The notes under the pieces were generated by a model. That model worked only from the letters and a program-made list of their open reading frames with translations, did not search any database and was not told where the DNA came from. Below, one piece after another: positions 58,358 to 64,000 of a stretch of 64,000 bases of DNA (position 1 is its first letter; every line of letters starts with the position of its first letter). Position numbers and translations under genes: made by a program. Source of the DNA: Spirochaetaceae bacterium. GTDB taxonomy: Bacteria; Spirochaetota; Spirochaetia; DSM-2461. The DNA lies in the NCBI GenBank assembly GCA_051531975.1, contig JAOPTT010000006.1, forward strand, positions 494,977 through 558,976, written 5' to 3'.

Positions 58358-59181
58358 TGGCAGTATCACCACAAGATGTTAAAAAACTACGTGAAGCTAC
58401 TGGTGCAGGAATGCTTGATTGTAAAAAAGCATTAATTGCTGTAGATGGTGATTTTAAAGCTGCTGAGAAGCACTTAAAAGAACAAGGTCTTGCAAATGCC
58501 GGTAACAGAAGTGATAGAGCAACTAACGAAGGTGGAGTGTTCACTAAAGTTACTGCTGACAAAGCTATTTTAATTCAAATAACTTGTGAAACTGACTTTG
58601 TTGCTAAGAATGACAAATTCAAAGAAGCTGGTGAAACTGTATTAAATGCAATTGTTGCTAAAGGTTTTACAGAACCAAACGAAGAGTTATCTGACCTTTT
58701 AAAAGAGTATATTGCTATACTAAAAGAAAATATGGTTTTAAAAACTGTAATTGTAATGGACATTGCTTCTGATGAAGTTGTTGTTGATTATGTACACAGT
58801 GGTTTAGTAGCTGTATTAACTAAAGTTAAAACTAGTGATATTGCAAATGCTGCAGTTAAAGCTTTTGCTTTTGATTGTGCTTTACATGTTGCAGCTTTCC
58901 AACCAATGTACTTTGATAGAACAAAAGTTGATGCTGAATACTTAAAAGAACAAGAAGATATTTTTGTAACACAAACTGCTAACTTAGGTAAGCCTGAAAA
59001 AATTGTTGCAGGAATCGTTAAAGGTAAAGTAAACAAGCACCTTGCACAAATTTGTTTTGTTGATCAGAAGTTTGTTAAAAATGACAAGATTTCAGTTGCT
59101 GCGGCAGCAAAAGAAGTTGCTAAGGAAGCTGGAATTACAGTTGAATTAGTTGATTATGCTCTTGCAGTTGTAGGTAAATAA
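58357..59181 (+). CDS. tsf: Elongation factor Ts
   Basis: VK.LRE.TGAGM.DCKKAL, CETDFVA. Confidence 0.97.
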   Translation: MAVSPQDVKKLREATGAGMLDCKKALIAVDGDFKAAEKHLKEQGLANAGNRSDRATNEGGVFTKVTADKAILIQITCETDFVAKNDKFKEAGETVLNAIVAKGFTEPNEELSDLLKEYIAILKENMVLKTVIVMDIASDEVVVDYVHSGLVAVLTKVKTSDIANAAVKAFAFDCALHVAAFQPMYFDRTKVDAEYLKEQEDIFVTQTANLGKPEKIVAGIVKGKVNKHLAQICFVDQKFVKNDKISVAAAAKEVAKEAGITVELVDYALAVVGK

Positions 59182-59192
59182 TATTAATACTT

Positions 59193-59221
59193 CAGGCTAT
59201 CATTATTGATAGCCTGTTTTT
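59193..59221 (+). terminator. Rho-independent terminator after tsf
   Basis: CAGGCTATCA-TTAT-TGATAGCCTG followed by TTTTT. Confidence 0.85.
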
Positions 59222-59238
59222 ATAAAAAGGAATAGAAA

Positions 59239-59781
59239 ATGGATAGTATAAACGCTAGTGCTGAACAAAAGATGAAAAAAAGTATTTCTGCACTTAAAAA
59301 TGAATATAATTCAATCAGAACAGGACGAGCTTCAGCTTCAATTTTTGATAAAATAAAAGTTGATTATTATGGTGCTCCAACACCTTTGAATCAGTTGGCA
59401 ACTATCAGTATTCCTGAAGCTAGATTAATAGTAATTCAGCCTTTTGATAAAAACTCATTAAATGAAATAGAAAGATCAATTTTTGCCTCAGACTTAGGTT
59501 TAACACCTGGAAATGATGGGAAAGTTATTAGAATAAATATTCCACCACTAACTGAAGATCGTAGAAAAGAGTTAGTAAAACAAGCAAAAAGTATTGGTGA
59601 GAATGCAAAGATTGGAATAAGAAATATTAGAAGAGATTCTAATGACCTAATTAAGAAGGGTGATTTTTCTGATGATGCTAAGAAAGATGGTCAAGTTGAA
59701 ATACAAGAAGTAACTGATAAATATATTAAACAAGTTGATGTTGTCTTTAAAGAAAAAGAAAAAGAGATAATGGAAGTTTAA
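59239..59781 (+). CDS. frr: Ribosome recycling factor
   Basis: IRTGRA, VDYYG.PTPL, P.LTE.RR..LVK, RNIRRD. Confidence 0.97.
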   Translation: MDSINASAEQKMKKSISALKNEYNSIRTGRASASIFDKIKVDYYGAPTPLNQLATISIPEARLIVIQPFDKNSLNEIERSIFASDLGLTPGNDGKVIRINIPPLTEDRRKELVKQAKSIGENAKIGIRNIRRDSNDLIKKGDFSDDAKKDGQVEIQEVTDKYIKQVDVVFKEKEKEIMEV

Positions 59782-60488
59782 TGCAGAAGAGTTCAACTCT
59801 TCCATCCCATATAGGTTTTATTATGGATGGTAACGGTCGATGGGCAAAAGAAAAGGGTCTGATAAGAACAAAAGGACACCAAGAAGGCCTTGAGACCGCT
59901 AAAAAAATAATCAAATACGCATCTGATATTGGTATAGAATTTGTATCGTTATATGCCTTTTCAACAGAAAACTGGAAAAGGGCTGAAGAAGAAGTATCTT
60001 TTTTAATGTTATTAATTAAAAAACATCTTAAAAAAGAGTATAATTTTTATAGAGAAAATCAGATTAAAGTTGTTCATAGTGGCGACTTAGATGGACTTCC
60101 TAAAGATGTCCAATATGAGATAACCACAGCTATAAACGATACAAAAGATTTTACAGGTTTAACTGTAAATCTTTTGATTAATTATGGCGGAAGAGATGAA
60201 ATTACAAGAGCTGTTAATAAAATTTTAAATGATAAAAGTATTAAAAAAATAACTGAAAGTGATATAACTAATAATTTGGACAATCCATTAATTCCAGATG
60301 TGGACTTAATGATTAGAAGTAGCGGAGAAGAGAGATTGAGTAACTTTTTACTTTGGCAATGTGCATATTCGGAGTTTTATTATTCTAATGTATTATGGCC
60401 AGATTTTTCAGTAGAAGATCTTAATGTTGCTATTGATGCTTATAAAAATAGAAATAGAAAATTTGGTGGTTTAAATGATAAAAAATAA
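59781..60488 (+). CDS. uppS: Undecaprenyl diphosphate synthase
   Basis: IMDGNGRWA, FSTENW.R, NYGGR.EI, RLSNFLLWQ. Confidence 0.96.
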   Translation: MQKSSTLPSHIGFIMDGNGRWAKEKGLIRTKGHQEGLETAKKIIKYASDIGIEFVSLYAFSTENWKRAEEEVSFLMLLIKKHLKKEYNFYRENQIKVVHSGDLDGLPKDVQYEITTAINDTKDFTGLTVNLLINYGGRDEITRAVNKILNDKSIKKITESDITNNLDNPLIPDVDLMIRSSGEERLSNFLLWQCAYSEFYYSNVLWPDFSVEDLNVAIDAYKNRNRKFGGLNDKK

Positions 60489-61338
60489 TGTAATTCAGCG
60501 TGTAGTACTTTTTTGTGGGGCAATCCCAGTAATAATAGCAGCAATATTTTTATTACCACAACAATCACATCTTTTTTTTAACACTGCGGCTATAATAACT
60601 AGTTTTATAGCATCTAAAGAACTTATTTCAATGTTTAAATTTAAAGGTATTAAGCTAAACTCTGTGCTACTACCCTATTTAAGTATTCCACTACCATTAG
60701 CTTCATATATTATGGTTAGATTTGGTATTAATTACGATCTTTTCTCAATTGTATTAACTTCTCTAATTATATTTATTCTTCTTATTTCAATCTCAACAAA
60801 AAAGAGTGAAAATGATTTTTCAAATAATATAACTTTTATTTCTACATCAATGTTTGTGGTAGTTTATCCTAGTTATTTTATATCTTATATAGTTAGATTT
60901 TCTGAATTTCAGAGTTCTAGTTTAGTTATCTGTTACTTTATTTTAATTGTTTTCATGAATGATTCAGGTGCATGGTTATTAGGTGTGCTTTTTGGAAAAA
61001 ATAACAGAGGCGTTGTAAAAGTAAGTATGAATAAAAGTATTATGGGATTTGTTGGTGGTACTATAGGTACATTTCTTTTTATGGGAATAGCTAGAAACTT
61101 TATCCCAGAAATATCGTCAATGCCAATTTATATCTACATAATATTATCTGCAATTTTAGCTTTAGTAACAATAACAGGTGATTTAGTTGAATCTGCAATA
61201 AAAAGAAGTGCAAAAGTAAAAGACTCAGGTAATGTGATAATGGGTCGAGGTGGACTTTTAGATTCCATTGATTCTTTACTATTAGCTGCACCAATTTTTT
61301 ATTATATTATTAAAACTTATGCTGAAAAAGGTATGTAA
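60475..61338 (+). CDS. cdsA: Phosphatidate cytidylyltransferase
   Basis: ND..A...G..FGK, GDL.ES..KR...VKDSG...GG.LD..DS. Confidence 0.93.
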   Translation: MIKNNVIQRVVLFCGAIPVIIAAIFLLPQQSHLFFNTAAIITSFIASKELISMFKFKGIKLNSVLLPYLSIPLPLASYIMVRFGINYDLFSIVLTSLIIFILLISISTKKSENDFSNNITFISTSMFVVVYPSYFISYIVRFSEFQSSSLVICYFILIVFMNDSGAWLLGVLFGKNNRGVVKVSMNKSIMGFVGGTIGTFLFMGIARNFIPEISSMPIYIYIILSAILALVTITGDLVESAIKRSAKVKDSGNVIMGRGGLLDSIDSLLLAAPIFYYIIKTYAEKGM

Positions 61339-62474
61339 TGAAAAAAATATTTCTACTCGGTGCAACAGGTTCAATAGGAAAAAGTACAATTGATATAGTT
61401 GATGATTTCCCAGATAAGCTTCAGTTAGTAGGATTATCTGCTCACTATAATGATTTAAAACTATCACAATTAGGATTAAAATATAATATTAATGATTTAG
61501 TTTTAACTGGTTCCGAAAGTTCTGATTATTCAAATATATGCGATTTTGGTTTAGATTCATTATTAAAAAAAATTAAAGAAAGTAAAGCTGATATTGTTGT
61601 TAATGGAATAGCTGGTTCAAGTGGATTATTACCTTCTATAATGACAATTGAAAGTGGTAAAGACTTAGCGTTAGCAAACAAAGAAACAATGGTTATGGCT
61701 GGTCCTATAATTAACGAATTGGCATCAAAACATGAAGTAAAACTACTTCCTGTTGATTCAGAACATTCTGCGATATTTCATCTTTTAGAAAACTGTAAAC
61801 CAGAAGAACTAGATGAAATTATTTTAACTGCATCAGGTGGAGCATTTAGAGATAAAAGTATAGATGAGCTTAAAAATGTTACTTTACAAGATGCTTTGAA
61901 ACATCCAACCTGGGATATGGGTGAAAAAATAACTATAGATTCTGCTTCTATGGCTAATAAAGGGTTAGAAGTAATTGAAGCTGCTATGTTATTTGATATA
62001 GATATTGATAAAATAAAAGTTTTAATTCATCCTCAAAGCTATATCCATTCGTTAATAAGAAAAAAAGATAACTCCATGTATGCCCAAATTAGTGCTCCTG
62101 ATATGAAATTACCAATTCAGAATGCAATATTTTACCCTAATATGGAAAGAGTTAGTTCAGCATATTTAGATCTGATCAATAAGGAACTTACATTTTTAGA
62201 ACCAGATTTAAAAAAATATAAAATGTTAGAATTAGCATATACATCTCTAAAACTTGGAAATGCTTATACCATTGCATATAATGCTGCAAATGAAGTTTTA
62301 GTTGAAGCATTTGTTAATAATGAAATAAAGTTTTTAGATATCCCTAATATTACTGAGATAATTTTACAGCAGAATATAACAATTAAACCAACTACTATTG
62401 ATAATATTATAAAAATTGATACAGATGTAAGAAAAGAAACATTAACTCAAATAAGGAAACATTTTGATAATTAG
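61338..62474 (+). CDS. dxr: 1-deoxy-D-xylulose-5-phosphate reductoisomerase
   Basis: LGATGSIG, ALANKE, PVDSEH, TASGG.FR, HP.W.MG.KITIDSA, NAANE. Confidence 0.97.
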   Translation: MKKIFLLGATGSIGKSTIDIVDDFPDKLQLVGLSAHYNDLKLSQLGLKYNINDLVLTGSESSDYSNICDFGLDSLLKKIKESKADIVVNGIAGSSGLLPSIMTIESGKDLALANKETMVMAGPIINELASKHEVKLLPVDSEHSAIFHLLENCKPEELDEIILTASGGAFRDKSIDELKNVTLQDALKHPTWDMGEKITIDSASMANKGLEVIEAAMLFDIDIDKIKVLIHPQSYIHSLIRKKDNSMYAQISAPDMKLPIQNAIFYPNMERVSSAYLDLINKELTFLEPDLKKYKMLELAYTSLKLGNAYTIAYNAANEVLVEAFVNNEIKFLDIPNITEIILQQNITIKPTTIDNIIKIDTDVRKETLTQIRKHFDN

Positions 62475-63717
62475 ATACATTTTACCAATATTTGCTCTGA
62501 GTATTGTTATAGCAATTCACGAACTTGGACACTTACTAACCGCGAAACTTTTTGGTGTTCATGTGGAAGTTTTTTCAATTGGAATTGGAAAAAAACTTAT
62601 TACTTACACAAAAAACAAAACTCAATATGCCCTATCTTTAATACCTTTAGGTGGTTATTGTAAACTAAAAGGTGGTGATATCCAGAACCCAATCGAAGAT
62701 AATGATTCAATGGATAAAACCCATCCACTAAAAAAAATCCTTATCTATTTTGCGGGACCTTTTTTTAACTTTTTACTAACTTTTATAATACTATCAACTG
62801 TATATTTATTACCTGTTCATCATATTTTACCTCCAACAGTTCTGCCTGTAACAGAAAAGAATTTACCAGCAGCTGAGGCAGGAATCATCAATGGTGATAA
62901 AATATTATCTATCAATAATATTCCAATTAATTCCTTTGATGATATTGCTAAAAATTTAAGTTCAAATAAGTTAGATGTTATAGTTGAACGAGGACAAAAT
63001 ATCATAAACCTTACAGTTTATCCTCAAACAATTGAAGGTAAATCCTTTATAGGTGTTTACCCATATATACCATTAACAATAATAGATACAAATAAAAATT
63101 CTATACTAAAACCAAATGATAAAATAATAGCTCTTAATGAAGAAAATGTTGATAATTATTTTTCTCTAATTAATAGATCTAAAGAGTTAGAAAAATTCGA
63201 TTTAACTATAATTAGGGATAGTTTAATATTAAAAGAAACATTATCTATAAAAGATTTACAAAATATTACTTTTATTAAGAAGTACTCCTATACTCCATTT
63301 AAAGCTATTTATCTTGGATTTACTAATACTTTAGATATGTTAAAAAGGATAGCTACACTTCTTTTTGATTTATCTAAATCTGGCCAGGTAACTAAAAACA
63401 TATCTTCACCTTTAAGATTAGTTTATGATATTGGTAATAGTATTGACAGCATTTATTCTATTAGCAATTTATTGGTAAGTATACAGACCTTTTTAACTAT
63501 TATTGCATCAATTAGTTTAAGTTTAGGTTTTATTAACTTGTTGCCAATACCCATTTTAGATGGAGGTCAAATATTACTAAATATTATATCTTTATTTAAA
63601 GGAAAACCAATTAATAAAAAAATTGTATATGGATATCAAACAGCTGGTTTAATTATTGTATTATTACTTTTTACATTTGGACTAACTAATGATATTTTTT
63701 ATTTTGGAGACTTATAA
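62464..63717 (+). CDS. rseP: RIP metalloprotease RseP
   Basis: HELGH, IPLGGY, AGP..N, PDZ (GD.I..IN), NLLPIP.LDGG. Confidence 0.93.
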   Translation: MIIRYILPIFALSIVIAIHELGHLLTAKLFGVHVEVFSIGIGKKLITYTKNKTQYALSLIPLGGYCKLKGGDIQNPIEDNDSMDKTHPLKKILIYFAGPFFNFLLTFIILSTVYLLPVHHILPPTVLPVTEKNLPAAEAGIINGDKILSINNIPINSFDDIAKNLSSNKLDVIVERGQNIINLTVYPQTIEGKSFIGVYPYIPLTIIDTNKNSILKPNDKIIALNEENVDNYFSLINRSKELEKFDLTIIRDSLILKETLSIKDLQNITFIKKYSYTPFKAIYLGFTNTLDMLKRIATLLFDLSKSGQVTKNISSPLRLVYDIGNSIDSIYSISNLLVSIQTFLTIIASISLSLGFINLLPIPILDGGQILLNIISLFKGKPINKKIVYGYQTAGLIIVLLLFTFGLTNDIFYFGDL

Positions 63718-64000
63718 TGAATAAAAAAATTATTTTAGTATTGCTTTTTTTACCAACTCTCTTATTTGCAAAAAAGGTTATAAATTCTGGTCATCAAACA
63801 CCTGTAAAATTTATTAAATATTATGAGTTAGAAGATAGTTTTTTTTCCTTGAGCGAGGATGGAACTTTAGTAATTAAAAAGAGCACTGATAAAAAAATAT
63901 CCAGAAGATTTTTTTTGACTAACAGTAATATTACACAGTTTGTTTTATCAAATAAAAATAATCAACTAGCTATTGTTGAGTCAGATAATTCTACTACTTT
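63717..64000 (+). CDS. Exported WD40-like protein, N-terminal fragment (runs off window)
   Basis: TAATG coupling to rseP; MNKKIILVLLFLPTLLFA signal, then SGH...V...FFSLSEDGTL (WD40-like). Confidence 0.6.
   Translation, partial: MNKKIILVLLFLPTLLFAKKVINSGHQTPVKFIKYYELEDSFFSLSEDGTLVIKKSTDKKISRRFFLTNSNITQFVLSNKNNQLAIVESDNSTT

Overview
AT-rich chromosomal window from a spirochaete, probably a free-living Spirochaetaceae. The lineage call rests on the rpsB-tsf-frr-uppS-cdsA-dxr-rseP order without pyrH, a short AlaRS, CheX and a divergent FliG paralogue. I saw no IS, prophage or CRISPR. Left part: 3' end of an EF-G, a fructosamine-kinase/LMW-PTP pair, ppnP, alaS, a FliG paralogue, tRNA-Phe(GAA) and a five-gene minus-strand signalling operon. 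Middle: hrpA, MFS, map, a WYL regulator, MATE, SPL-like radical SAM, an Aat-like transferase, a class III cyclase, a CBM4-GH9 lipoprotein, a hybrid kinase/HD-GYP pair and rhlE. Right part: a LacI-linked nucleoside catabolism/ABC uptake cluster, a two-gene NADH-linked [FeFe]-hydrogenase, a MoxR/Bat operon and the rpsB...rseP cluster. The best candidate for an undescribed system is the operon at 5807-11041. It encodes CheY, CheX, a membrane-anchored CheA-type kinase lacking a CheW domain, an orphan protein, and a protein with a voltage-sensor domain but no recognisable pore. Other candidates are helically phased TTACA operators paired with a hinge-less LacI protein, a structured rhlE leader, an inverted repeat over the hydrogenase RBS, and a WYL-adjacent palindrome with a small ORF. 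All family calls come from motif recognition by eye; no searches were run.
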